The translations under genes and the position numbers were made by a program. DNA of 64,000 bases from Candidatus Latescibacterota bacterium (GTDB lineage Bacteria > Latescibacterota > UBA2968 > GCA-2709665), in assembly GCA_965222075.1 (NCBI GenBank), contig OZ244937.1, forward strand, positions 3,392,001 through 3,456,000, given 5' to 3'. The notes under the pieces are model-generated. The model saw only the letters and a program-made list of their open reading frames with translations, was not told the origin of the DNA and ran no database searches. This document shows positions 48,075-58,080 of the stretch, piece after piece. The stretch's first letter is position 1. Every line of letters begins with the position of its first letter.

Positions 48075-49655
48075 ATGATATCAGCTACTGAAAGCCCGCG
48101 GGGCGCCCGACGGGTGATTCACACCAGCGACCTGGGCTCACATTTTGGCGAGGGAACCTGGCTCTTTGGCGACCCGACAACCGCCGAAGAGCTGCGGAAT
48201 TGGATTTGCAATGTGGCCGCAGGCGGCGCAGACACCTACGTGCCGGAGGTCTATTTTGATGGCCTGAACGCCTACTATCGCAGCGACCGATGTCCGAACT
48301 GGGATTCGCCGAGGTACAGGCGCTTCGACGCCATCATGGATTCCGGAACCATGCCACTTGAAATTTTCGTCGAGGAAGCGCACCGACAGGGAATGGAATT
48401 ACTGGCCGGTTTTCGGATAAACGACCGTCACCGCGTCCACAAGTCCTTTTTTGAGGAGCATCCGGACTGGATGTTGAAGGACCTCGGACACGGCGTGGAC
48501 TACTCGCTGCCGGAGGTGCGGGACTGGATGTTTTCTATTGTAGAGGAAGTGCCCGACCGGTTTGACGTGGACGGAATCGAGTTCAACTTCATTCGTCACG
48601 GCTATTGTTTTCCGCCGGCAACGGCCGCAGATCAGCATCCGATTATGACGGACTTTATGCGGCGCGTCCGTAAGATGCTCAATGATATCGGCAAGAGAAG
48701 GGGACGTCATCTCCTGCTGGGCGTGCGGGTGCCCACCACGCTGGAGGAATGCCGCCACTTTGGGTTCGATCTGCCCACGTGGGTTGCGGAAAAGTTGATC
48801 GATTATGTGGCTCCGACCGACTATCACTACACGAATTTCAACATGGAGGTTGAGGCGTTCTCCGAGCTGACCCGGTCCTCGGATTCCTGTTTCCTCTATC
48901 CGGCCATCCAGGCCGATGTGCCCGGGAACTGTGCGATCATGTCGCTGGACAACTACCGGGCCGCAGTGCAAAATTTCTATGGCGCGGGCGCCGACGGTAC
49001 CTCCACGCACAACTACGACGTCTATATGTGGGGGCAATTGCGGAGCAAGAGCTACCCCGGCCCGGCGGACATGTACCCGAAAGCTCTGGATTATTTCAAA
49101 ACCCTGAAGCATCCCGATGCAGTGGTCGCCGGGGACCGGCATTATCTGTTTCTCCCCCTCTGGCCCCACGAACTCCACCCTGCCGGGTATCGCGGGATTA
49201 CAATTCCGCACCCCAGAGCGGTGCTGAAGCGCAGTGAGCCAGACCACCGCGCCGAATACCGGTTCCGCATTTGCGAGGATCTGCCCGAGCGTGTCGATCT
49301 GCCGAGGGATAACCGCGGCGTGTACGCAGGGCAATTCAACAGCACAGGTAAGGCTCCGGGCGTCTGGCTCATCTTCAGAGCGATCGGGTTGGGACCGGGC
49401 GATGAGATTGCGGTGGACATAAACGGACAGGAGGTTCCAGCCGACCGTGTCCGACAGATCTGGTACCGGGAGGGCCGGCCTGCATGGGAGGGAAGGCCGC
49501 TGCCGCCGTATACCGAATGCCGGTTGAACTTGACTGCGCCCCCAGGGGTCTACGGCGATAACAACCTGGGTTTCAAGCTCCTTGGAAGTGACGAGGGGGC
49601 CGAAGGGGATGTTGTTGTTGACGAACTTGAGGTTATTGTGCACGTGAAAGACTGA
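48075..49655 (+). CDS. glycoside hydrolase-like TIM barrel protein (GHL10-like), paralog of the upstream gene
   Basis: FRINDRH, DYSLPEVR, DVDGIEFNFIR, GADG. Confidence 0.82.
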   Translation: MISATESPRGARRVIHTSDLGSHFGEGTWLFGDPTTAEELRNWICNVAAGGADTYVPEVYFDGLNAYYRSDRCPNWDSPRYRRFDAIMDSGTMPLEIFVEEAHRQGMELLAGFRINDRHRVHKSFFEEHPDWMLKDLGHGVDYSLPEVRDWMFSIVEEVPDRFDVDGIEFNFIRHGYCFPPATAADQHPIMTDFMRRVRKMLNDIGKRRGRHLLLGVRVPTTLEECRHFGFDLPTWVAEKLIDYVAPTDYHYTNFNMEVEAFSELTRSSDSCFLYPAIQADVPGNCAIMSLDNYRAAVQNFYGAGADGTSTHNYDVYMWGQLRSKSYPGPADMYPKALDYFKTLKHPDAVVAGDRHYLFLPLWPHELHPAGYRGITIPHPRAVLKRSEPDHRAEYRFRICEDLPERVDLPRDNRGVYAGQFNSTGKAPGVWLIFRAIGLGPGDEIAVDINGQEVPADRVRQIWYREGRPAWEGRPLPPYTECRLNLTAPPGVYGDNNLGFKLLGSDEGAEGDVVVDELEVIVHVKD

Positions 49656-49712
49656 CGTCGGATGGGTTCTGACCGTGAGCGGAAGCGCCTGTTCAACCCG
49701 GGAGAATACCCA

Positions 49713-50924
49713 ATGAGCAAGCCGGATATCTACCAGCGCACGATGATTGACGTGCTGACGCCCCAGTTGAAGAAACGCGTCAAGGACCACTTTACCATGC
49801 ACCAGTTCGCCATCTGCGGCTGCACGCGCGAGGATGGGTTCGCCGGGCAGGGGGTCGTGCCGCTGTATGAAATGGAACGGCACTACGTTTTCAAGACTTC
49901 CACCGATCTGGGGACCTACAACCATCACCCGAACCTCGTCAAGTGGAAGGGCGAGTATTGGTTTGCCTGGGACAACTGCATGGTCAACGAGGAATGGCCG
50001 GGACAGCGGACGTTCATTTCGCATTCGACCGATGGTGTGGCGTGGTCCGAGCGCATCCTCGTGGCCGACGGGGATGAGAAGAGAGGGATGCTGCGCAATC
50101 TCGGCGGGGTCTACGCGCGCGGCAACACGCTCTACGCGTTCATCCAGGAGAAGTGGGACCTGGCCCATGCTACGGATCCCGAGATGAGCGTTCACGACAA
50201 CACGAAGGTGTCGGTCCGCAACGATCTCTGGGCAAGCAGGGACGGCAAGAATTGGGAACTGCTGAAACAGAACTACGTGGATGTGCGCTGGATGTTCGAG
50301 AACCCGAGGCTGACCAACGGTGGACGTCTGATGGGGCCGATCACGGACCACGACGGAGCGCCCGGTGTCGCGCTGTGGCCCGGTGACGATCCCGAAGAGA
50401 CGCCGGAGGTGATCCACCAGCCCTGGCACGGCAACAGGGACGACTACTTCGCCGGCCACGACGAAGGCCGGTTTATCTACGGCGAGGCGACCTGGTACAC
50501 CGATGACGAGAATCGCATCTGGATGTACTGGCGCGACGAGAGCGGGTCCACGTACCTCGGTCTGACGCTCTCCGAGGACGGGGGCGGGACGTGGACCGAG
50601 GTGATGCGCACGAACTTCCCCGATTCAAAATCGCGCACCTTTGCGGGACGCCTCTACGACGGGCGCTTTTTCCAGGTCGGTAACTCGACCCGTGTCTACA
50701 TGGACCGCAATTTCTTCGCGCTGAGCCTCTCCGACGACGGCGCCAGGTTCAGCAAGATGTACCAGCTCATCAAAGAACCCGCCTACCAGCGTTTCCAGGG
50801 GCATCTGAAGGCCCACGGCTACCAGTATCCAAGCTGCGTGGTAGATGGCCACAGGCTTTTGATCGGTTACTCGGTCAACAAGGAGGACATCGCGGTCGGG
50901 ATCGTGGATACAACAGAGATTTGA
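49713..50924 (+). CDS. sialidase-like BNR/Asp-box beta-propeller protein
   Basis: STDGVAW, SRDGKNW, SEDGGGTW, SDDG Asp-boxes; YQYP, YSVNKE. Confidence 0.88.
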   Translation: MSKPDIYQRTMIDVLTPQLKKRVKDHFTMHQFAICGCTREDGFAGQGVVPLYEMERHYVFKTSTDLGTYNHHPNLVKWKGEYWFAWDNCMVNEEWPGQRTFISHSTDGVAWSERILVADGDEKRGMLRNLGGVYARGNTLYAFIQEKWDLAHATDPEMSVHDNTKVSVRNDLWASRDGKNWELLKQNYVDVRWMFENPRLTNGGRLMGPITDHDGAPGVALWPGDDPEETPEVIHQPWHGNRDDYFAGHDEGRFIYGEATWYTDDENRIWMYWRDESGSTYLGLTLSEDGGGTWTEVMRTNFPDSKSRTFAGRLYDGRFFQVGNSTRVYMDRNFFALSLSDDGARFSKMYQLIKEPAYQRFQGHLKAHGYQYPSCVVDGHRLLIGYSVNKEDIAVGIVDTTEI

Positions 50925-51005
50925 AGCATGGTCCAATTCACAGGTACAGGGGCCTGTCTGCGAAGGACGAACAGGAGGAGGCAATGAATCGAAAGGAGAG
51001 GACCG

Positions 51006-52355
51006 ATGGCCCGGTTGCAATTCGGCATGGCCGTTCGTGACATTACACCCCGCTACCCGGTCTGGGCGCACGGGTACTCCGCACGTACGCGCAAGTCCTC
51101 CGGCGTGCGGGAACCGCTGTCTGTGGGATGTCTGGCCGTTACCAACGGCCAGACCCGGGTGCTGATTTTTGCGCTGGACATGATCGGCGTTCGGGCCGAT
51201 GTGTGCGACGAGCTGTATGCGCTGCTGGAGAAGGAGACGGGTGTGGGCTACCCCAATATCCTGATCTCGGGGTCGCACACGCACTTTGCCCCGGCGCTGC
51301 ACGGGACGGCCTTCGCCGATCCGGCGATTGCCTTTGTGGATCGCGACGAGAAGTATGTGAATGGGGTAAAGACCCGGCTCGTGGAGGCGGCCGGGGAGGC
51401 TCTGGCCGACGCGCGCGCCATGCGCCTTGAGACGGCCCGGATTCAGGTGCCTCAGGTGGTGTACAACCGGCGAACGGTGCGAAGGTCGGACGGCATGGTG
51501 CAGATGAACCTGATGTACCCGGAAAACCCCTCTCCGTACACGTTCAGCCCGGTGGATTCCGAACTGACGGTTCATCGTCTGGTGGACGAGAGGGGGGTGC
51601 ACGGCGTGCTGATGAACTTCGGCTGTCATCCGGTCACAGGGTGCTGGCCCGACGAGGACAACTACAAATTCTCAGCCGACTATCCGTACCACGCACGGCA
51701 AACCATTTCCGAAAAATGGCATTGCCCGGTGCTGTTCACACTGGGCGCCGCCGGAGACGCCGTGCCGATCAATCGCCGCGACGACTGCAGGGAACGCATC
51801 GGCAGTGTGCTGGGAAACGCGGCGGTGCTGGCAGAGCGCACGTTTCAGGCCGATCCCTCCACCGACCTGAATGCCGATACGGTAGAAGTGGAGGCCGAGA
51901 CGATTCTGAAGACGCACCCGTCCAGGGCCGAGGCCGAGTACGAAGCGGCGAGGCAGGCGGTTCTTGCGGTAGAAGACAGGAAGGGTGAACAATTTCGCGA
52001 ACGCAATGAGGCGTTCACGCAGAAGTTGCGGGATTGCGGACGGGCCCGCCTCTATCCCGAAAACAGGTGGCGAATCAGGGTTCAGTTCGTCCGGATCGGG
52101 AAGACGACGCTGGTGGGTCTGCCGTTCGAGGTGCTGGCCGAGATCGGCCTCAGGATGAAGGAACGCTTTCCGGACAGCGTTCTGGTGTCCTGCTGCGGAG
52201 GCTACCAGGCCTACCTGCCCCTTGCCTACGAATACGACCGCGTGGGCTATGAAGCCACGGCGTCTTCAACGCATTTCGTACCGGGCACGGGCGACCGGGT
52301 ACTTGAGGCCATTCTGGAGCGGCTTGAAAAGAAGACCATCCCGGGGAGCTTATGA
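51006..52355 (+). CDS. neutral/alkaline ceramidase-like metallohydrolase
   Basis: DITP, SHTHFAP, NRR, NFGCHP, SADYP, GAAGD, YE. Confidence 0.85.
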   Translation: MARLQFGMAVRDITPRYPVWAHGYSARTRKSSGVREPLSVGCLAVTNGQTRVLIFALDMIGVRADVCDELYALLEKETGVGYPNILISGSHTHFAPALHGTAFADPAIAFVDRDEKYVNGVKTRLVEAAGEALADARAMRLETARIQVPQVVYNRRTVRRSDGMVQMNLMYPENPSPYTFSPVDSELTVHRLVDERGVHGVLMNFGCHPVTGCWPDEDNYKFSADYPYHARQTISEKWHCPVLFTLGAAGDAVPINRRDDCRERIGSVLGNAAVLAERTFQADPSTDLNADTVEVEAETILKTHPSRAEAEYEAARQAVLAVEDRKGEQFRERNEAFTQKLRDCGRARLYPENRWRIRVQFVRIGKTTLVGLPFEVLAEIGLRMKERFPDSVLVSCCGGYQAYLPLAYEYDRVGYEATASSTHFVPGTGDRVLEAILERLEKKTIPGSL

Positions 52356-52590
52356 GAAGCTGTTTTAAAATTCCCGGTGAGTTCCCCAGCGCGAGCGAAA
52401 AAGTATCGGTCTCGCCTCCTCCACCTTCGTTGCGGAGTGGTGGGGCTTTTCTGCGCGGTTCCGTTCACCGCCTTCGCCCAGAAACGCCCCAAAGGTCCGC
52501 AGGGCAGACCTGCCTGTGCCGTGCCCGGCACGGCAGACAGGAGCTTCCGTTTCCACCCCAGGGGCAATTTGCGGAAAAGCAGCCGCTTAA
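52354..52590 (-). repeat. dispersed repeat family B, copy 3, with a 33-bp insert at 52509-52541
   Basis: shares blocks and the AGAAGCTGTYTTAAAA terminus with copy 1. Confidence 0.7.
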
Positions 52591-52668
52591 ACCCAAGAAA
52601 CACAACAAGTTCTGTTACAATCTGAAAGCCTATTTTCCAAGTAGCAGCTTCATAAAAAGGGGGATCCG

Positions 52669-53595
52669 ATGTCGATGGCATCTCAGAGCGCAGTGGTCGA
52701 GAAGCTGGATGGGGAAGATGGATCTGTTGAACTTCCCTGCCGGGTGCTGGGCAAGACGGGCGAGCGCGTGCCGATCCTGGGGTACGGCACAGCGCCTGGC
52801 GGTATGGGGTTGAGCGATGAAGAGGCGATTGCGCTGATTCACAGGGCGATTGACCTGGGAGTTACCTGTATGGACACGGCACCGGGGTACGGACGAGCGC
52901 ATGTGCAGCTGGGGACGGTGATGGCAGAGCGGCGTGAGGAGGTCTTTCTGGTGACCAAGACGGGTGCGGATGATGCGGAAAAGGCGCTGGAGATCCTGGA
53001 GCAGAGTCTGAAAGATCTGCAGACCGAGCAGGTGGATCTGACCTACGTCCACTCCCTGGGCAACCGGGATGTGGACCGGGTGCTGGCTGTGGATGGGTCT
53101 CTGGCGGGCCTCCGAGAGGCGCAGCGGCGAGGGTGGACGCGTTATGTGGGGTTTTCGGCGCACAATACGCCCTGGAAGGCGGCCAGGGCGCTTGAGGAGG
53201 CGGATGTGGATGTGGTGATGCTGGCGATGAATCTTGCGGACCGGCACACGTACAATTTTGAAGAAGCGGTCCTGCCCCTGGCCCGCGAGCGTGGGGTGGG
53301 GGTGGTGGCGATGAAGGTCTACGGCGGGGCGCTGGAGATGAAATACGACCGTCCGACCCCTTCGGCGCTGGCAGCACACGGCGCACACGACCACCAGGCT
53401 GCCCTGAATTATGCGCTGGGCCTGCCGGGGGTGGCAACGGCGGTTGTGGGGGTGTATACCGGGGCGGAGTTGATCCAGAACCTCGAATGGGCTCGAAATC
53501 ACACGCCCCTGTTCGCTGAAGCGGAAGCCGGGCTGGAGAAGCTGGGCAGGGAGATTGCCGCCGACTGGGGGGCGCACTACGGCTCGGTACGATAG
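52669..53595 (+). CDS. aldo/keto reductase
   Basis: LGKTG, DTAPGYG, FLVTK, SLKDLQTEQVDL, AMKVYGG. Confidence 0.93.
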   Translation: MSMASQSAVVEKLDGEDGSVELPCRVLGKTGERVPILGYGTAPGGMGLSDEEAIALIHRAIDLGVTCMDTAPGYGRAHVQLGTVMAERREEVFLVTKTGADDAEKALEILEQSLKDLQTEQVDLTYVHSLGNRDVDRVLAVDGSLAGLREAQRRGWTRYVGFSAHNTPWKAARALEEADVDVVMLAMNLADRHTYNFEEAVLPLARERGVGVVAMKVYGGALEMKYDRPTPSALAAHGAHDHQAALNYALGLPGVATAVVGVYTGAELIQNLEWARNHTPLFAEAEAGLEKLGREIAADWGAHYGSVR

Positions 53596-53648
53596 AAGCT
53601 GCTGCTTCGGAGTGTAAGTGCTGCTCAACTTTCGTAGTAACACATTCT

Positions 53649-54089
53649 TCAGCAGCAACTTCTCAGAGATTCGGCGCTCCATCGCTCTTTCGGTGGATAC
53701 CACCGTCCCTGACCGAGCAACTGGTCTACCACCGCCGCAAATTCTGCTGTCATGGCTTCTCGGAAGATGCGAGATTTCCTCACGGATCGGCTGACTCCTC
53801 CCGGGTACTTTCGCCAGGTCGCAGGGGCATCCCGCTGTACGCCCTCCATCTCCAGCCGACGCCAGATCGTTGATTCCATCTCTGCGGCGTCTTCGGCCGT
53901 AAACGCGCGCACCTTGACGTAGCCCCGGGTGCAGAGCTGCTCAAGGTCCTGTTCGTTCAGTGGTCCGTCAGTCGGCGATGTGTTATTTGTCTCTGAGCGA
54001 AAGGATTCCAAATACTTCCCCCGGACACCAGGACCGAGATCTCCACGGCGATATCCTGGACGCAGCTCGTCTGGATCAGCCTTCTTCAT
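53649..54089 (-). pseudogene. chimera of a BrnA-like antitoxin N-terminus (copy of 60590-60686) and a PhyH-like dioxygenase fragment
   Basis: first ~33 aa nearly identical to ORF 60459-60686; then LNEQDLEQ..RGYVKV...W...VDQLLG. Confidence 0.7.
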
Positions 54090-54142
54090 AGATTCTCCTG
54101 TTGACGTCCACTGCCTGTAGCGCCTTGGCAGACGGCGTTGTC

Positions 54143-54397
54143 TTACAAAGACTGCAGCATGGCTTCAGCTCCGATTTCCGCTCGCTCTACCTCGTAACCT
54201 GCCGATTTCACATTTGCGATGGCTGAACGAATAGCTGCTTCCAGGGAGTCCCCCTCTCGGTGAAAATCAATCGAGAACACACCGTTGCAGATCCCTGGTG
54301 TTCCATCGTCACAACCGGCCTCGAACAATTCGTCTGCAATCTCTTCGGTCAGCTCGAATTGTCCTTTGAGAATCAAGGTAAAACCATATTTGGTCAT
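54143..54397 (-). CDS. small acidic protein, probable antitoxin (HicB-like)
   Basis: LFEAGCDD...FHREGDSLEAAIRSAI; follows a HicA-like gene. Confidence 0.75.
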   Translation of the reverse strand: MTKYGFTLILKGQFELTEEIADELFEAGCDDGTPGICNGVFSIDFHREGDSLEAAIRSAIANVKSAGYEVERAEIGAEAMLQSL

Positions 54398-54423
54398 TGG
54401 GCTTAACCTTTCCAATTTACAGT

Positions 54424-54654
54424 CTACAACATGTGATGCGGGCAACGGTCAATAGCCCGACGGATGTCTTTGGCATGGTCTTCAGGACTCTTTGGGGTTG
54501 AGTATACAGCTCTCGCACAGCCAGTCTGATCGCTCAGTGGGCAATACAAGCGGCCCCAGGTGTGGGCACGTGGTCCCGCTTTCCGAACCGTCCAGCCATG
54601 GTCTAATGCGTAAGCAATGGCTGCACGAATATGCTTATTGGGATGATCTGACAC
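54424..54654 (-). CDS. HicA-like small basic protein, probable toxin
   Basis: HPNKHIRAAI..A...GW, HTWG.LYC, STPK. Confidence 0.75.
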   Translation of the reverse strand: MSDHPNKHIRAAIAYALDHGWTVRKAGPRAHTWGRLYCPLSDQTGCARAVYSTPKSPEDHAKDIRRAIDRCPHHML

Positions 54655-54746
54655 TGGATTCTTATAACGTCATTTATGTTTTGGCTTGATTTCTTCGTGC
54701 GCGATTTGTTGAAGTGGGGTCTGAGAGCTTTTTTTGCGCCAGTTTT

Positions 54747-54829
54747 GCATAACGTTTCTCCGGTTTGCGAACCGCGCAGCGGTTGCGCGGAGGGGCGGAT
54801 GCCCCGTAGCCGGGGGCACGGTGTTACAG
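54747..54829 (-). other. attC site
   Basis: GCATAAC...GTTACAG, family consensus. Confidence 0.8.
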
Positions 54830-54900
54830 GATGTGCCAGTTCAGGATATTGGGCTCCCAGCTTGCTACGGACGGCAAGACCGCTACATAAAAGATACCAC

Positions 54901-55614
54901 TCAGTTTCGATCTATCCCTAATATTGCAGGTAGGTCAGCCAATGAAGTAATTTCGTGGTCAGCTTTGATCTCAGTGTCGTTCATCAGACCTTCACGATTC
55001 AGCCAGACCGCATGCGCTCCGGCCTCACGCGCTCCGGCAACATCGTTTTCCAGGGAATCCCCCACGTGTAATAGCTGCTCCAGCGGACAGCACGCCCTCC
55101 GTGCGGTGATCTGGAAGATGCGTCGATCGGGCTTCTCAACACGCACATCCTGGGAAAGGACAGCAAAGACAAACCGGCCCTCAAGCCCACAGCGGTCGGG
55201 GTAACTATTCCCATTGGACAAAAGTCCGATCTTGAAATGAGGCGCTAGAATGTCAAGAGCAGGCAAGACATCCTGATACAACTCAATATCTTCGAAACGA
55301 TGCTTCAGATATATCTCATTCAAATGAACAGCCAGACTGCGGTCCTCACAGCCAACGCGTTCAAGCGTCCTCTCAAATGCAAGTCGTCTGATCTCCTCAA
55401 GATTCCAGGTCTTGCCCTTCACTTCCTCGGCAAGCCGATTGCGAATCACAATCATTTCGTCCACCGTAAGGGCCACAGCTCGCTCTGCCGGAACGTGCCT
55501 ACGCAGTTCCACTAACGTGTGCTTTAGTGAATGTCTCATGACCTTCTGAAAATCCCACAAAGTCATGTCGCCATCAAAAGAGATCGCTGAAATTCGCAAG
55601 GTACTCGCCTCCAC
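54901..55614 (-). CDS. HAD family hydrolase (cassette)
   Basis: FDGDMTLWD, LSNGN, KPD, HVGDSLENDVAGA; start uncertain. Confidence 0.9.
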   Translation of the reverse strand: MEASTLRISAISFDGDMTLWDFQKVMRHSLKHTLVELRRHVPAERAVALTVDEMIVIRNRLAEEVKGKTWNLEEIRRLAFERTLERVGCEDRSLAVHLNEIYLKHRFEDIELYQDVLPALDILAPHFKIGLLSNGNSYPDRCGLEGRFVFAVLSQDVRVEKPDRRIFQITARRACCPLEQLLHVGDSLENDVAGAREAGAHAVWLNREGLMNDTEIKADHEITSLADLPAILGIDRN

Positions 55615-55683
55615 TAAATGGACAAAGATGCCTCGGCGTATGATGACGACGGTTCTGCCGCTTCCAGAGCTGGGTGGCACTTC

Positions 55684-55804
55684 CTATAACGTTTCGCCGA
55701 TTCGCGAACCCCGAGCTCGGCCGCTGAGCCTGTCGAAGCGTGTCGAAGGGTTGCCCTTAGGGCCAAGGCGCGAATGCGCCGCAGCGCAAAACGTGATGTT
55801 AACT
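55684..55804 (-). other. attC site with nested insert
   Basis: CTATAAC...GTTAACT. Confidence 0.82.
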
Positions 55805-55849
55805 GCTGGCGACCCTTTTTTAGGAAATCCTTCAGTATGCATAGGATCG

Positions 55850-56281
55850 TCAGCTTTCCATTAGGGCTTGTTTGACCCGGTCTGCATATGAATCCAATTC
55901 CTCATCAGGGATACGATCTAGCCACCGTGGATAAACTCTCAATAAACCATCGTCTACTTTTCTAGGATGGATATGAAAATGCACGTGGGGGACTTCCTGG
56001 TGAGCACCTGGCCCATTGCTCTGCCATATGCTTAATCCGTCTAGCTCGAAGGCTTTTCTGACGGTTCGAGAAAGTAAGATCATAGCTTTCATAATCTCAG
56101 ATCCTGTTTCCTCTGACAGGGCATAGATGTCTGGAAAGTGCTCTTTGGGAATGACCAGAATATGCCCAGGGTTTGCTTGCCTTGGATCTATCAGCGCGAT
56201 GACAGAATCCGACTCGTATACCACCCTCGCACTCTTAGTTCCCTCCACGATTTCACAGAAGACACATCTTGATTCATCCAT
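55850..56281 (-). CDS. HIT family protein (cassette)
   Basis: CVFC, GHILVIPKEH, NG..AHQEVPHVHFHIHPR. Confidence 0.94.
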   Translation of the reverse strand: MDESRCVFCEIVEGTKSARVVYESDSVIALIDPRQANPGHILVIPKEHFPDIYALSEETGSEIMKAMILLSRTVRKAFELDGLSIWQSNGPGAHQEVPHVHFHIHPRKVDDGLLRVYPRWLDRIPDEELDSYADRVKQALMES

Positions 56282-56377
56282 ACATCCTTCACCTTGCTTT
56301 GTGCAAGAGATATAATGACGTACGAAAAGGCTCTCCGCGGTAATGGGTGTGTGCTATTCTTTGGTTTTTTCGCTTGC

Positions 56378-56471
56378 AGTTAACGTTCTGGCCACTTGCG
56401 AACCCGCGCAGCGGGTTGCCGAATGGCCGGAGGGAGCGAACGCGCCGGAGCCGCAGCCCGTCGTGTTATGT
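56378..56471 (-). other. attC site
   Basis: AGTTAAC...GTTATGT. Confidence 0.82.
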
Positions 56472-56487
56472 GTAGTTGCAGTCCCGG

Positions 56488-57333
56488 TTATCGCCGGCCT
56501 TGCCATGCATGGCAAGGCCGGAAATGGGCTGATACCTCAAACTTCAATCTGGCTTTCTTCCTGCGAAATGCTAAAGCAGTTTCGTAGTGCTTGGTGATCG
56601 ATCCTCCGTAGTTCTTGTTTATCAGGTCAGCGATACCATCAAATAGGTGCGTGCGATTGAATTCGGGCAGCGCGATGTGGTCAGAATAGGTGCCAATGAG
56701 TTTGATGTACTGTTCCGCAGAATAGTTCGCTGTCCACGCGTACACTCGGTGGATAGGATCGGCAAAAGCGGTAGTTCCGGGTTCTGGGGACTCTGATGTC
56801 GTCGGAGTACTGGGATCCCGAGGGGAATCTGAAACTACATAATGCTTGCTATAAACTTCCTGGACTTCCGCAAAGAAACCTTCGTGTTTTCTTACGTGTT
56901 GGTTGGAGAAGATGGCCAATGATCCCCTGGCCTTCAGGGTGTCACGGGCTTTAATGAATCTGACTCTTGGACTCACCCAGTGGAATGCAGTCGCGGAGAT
57001 CACAAGGTCAAACTTGCTAGCCGAGTCCCAATCTTCGAAAGGACACAGGACGAAGCAAACGTTCTTGTAGTTGTTGAGTCGCGCCCTCGCAACCTCGATC
57101 AAATCTTGGCCAATATCCAAACAGGTCATTTCGCAACCGATGGTGGCAAATAATCTCGAAGCCTGTCCGGTTCCACACCCGACTTCCAGGATTTTTCCGC
57201 TTCTATCCATTCCGGAGAGGTCCAAAACATCCCTGACAAGCTCATCAGGGTATCCGGGCCTCACTTCGTCATAGAGCGAGGCAACGGTATTGAAAGTGGT
57301 TTTGAGATCAGGGCGGGGCATTAGAATTCCCAT
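56488..57333 (-). CDS. class I SAM-dependent methyltransferase (cassette)
   Basis: YDEVRPGYP, LEVGCGTGQ, SATAFHWV. Confidence 0.92.
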   Translation of the reverse strand: MGILMPRPDLKTTFNTVASLYDEVRPGYPDELVRDVLDLSGMDRSGKILEVGCGTGQASRLFATIGCEMTCLDIGQDLIEVARARLNNYKNVCFVLCPFEDWDSASKFDLVISATAFHWVSPRVRFIKARDTLKARGSLAIFSNQHVRKHEGFFAEVQEVYSKHYVVSDSPRDPSTPTTSESPEPGTTAFADPIHRVYAWTANYSAEQYIKLIGTYSDHIALPEFNRTHLFDGIADLINKNYGGSITKHYETALAFRRKKARLKFEVSAHFRPCHAWQGRR

Positions 57334-57383
57334 GATTTGGGTTTAGGCGGCGCAGGGAGGCGTCGCTCTGGGACTACAATTGC

Positions 57384-57468
57384 ACATAACGTCCCGGCTG
57401 TTCCTGAACCGTGTAGCAGTTGGGTCAGAAGGAGCCAAGCGACTGGAGCCAGGAACAGCCTGTTATGT
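57384..57468 (-). other. attC site
   Basis: ACATAAC...GTTATGT with GGCTGTTCCTG/CAGGAACAGCC stem. Confidence 0.85.
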
Positions 57469-57534
57469 GTCTGTAGCAGTTTGCGATCGGAAAAGCGATA
57501 GAGAGGCGACCATCACCCTTCTGTTTTGTGTCTT

Positions 57535-58080
57535 TCAGGGTTTTACAGCCTGAGCAAAGAACAGACTCTGAGAATAATCGTCATACACCTTCCACTTAAA
57601 GATTTCAAAACCTGCTGTCTCGACTTCCTGAACCAGACTCTCTGGCAAGCCCCAGAAACGCGTTGCGATTCCATTCTCTATTTTGCATCGGGTCACAGGA
57701 TCAAACGGATAATCTGCATTCTTTGGCTCACCACATTTTGTCATGACGATGAATAACCCCTGAGACTTCAGTACACGATGCACATTCTTCAAGAATGCAA
57801 TGCGATCTTCGCCGATGATACAATGTAGGCAAAGGGCGTCTATGATCACGTCGAAAAACCCATCCTCATACGGCAAATCGAGGACGTTCCCAACTCGGAA
57901 ATCCGCTCTCAAATTCTGTTCCTCACCCTTTTCCTCTGCCCAAGCAATCGCCGTCGGAGAGATATCGATTCCATAGGCTTGAAAGCCCTTCTCCGAAAGG
58001 AGCAAAGAAAGATCGCCGGCACCACATCCTAACTCAAGCAAAGTTCCCGATTCCAACTCCAACTCTCGCAATACATTGGT
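57535..58080 (-). pseudogene. class I methyltransferase (cassette), 5' end disrupted by an IS4 remnant
   Basis: LLELGCGAG, GIDISPTAI, CLHCIIG; N-terminus replaced by transposase sequence. Confidence 0.8.

Noticed and set aside
54090-54142. Additional attC between the distal cassettes
   Set aside because: Only a weak hairpin; no proper AAC/GTT pair or family consensus
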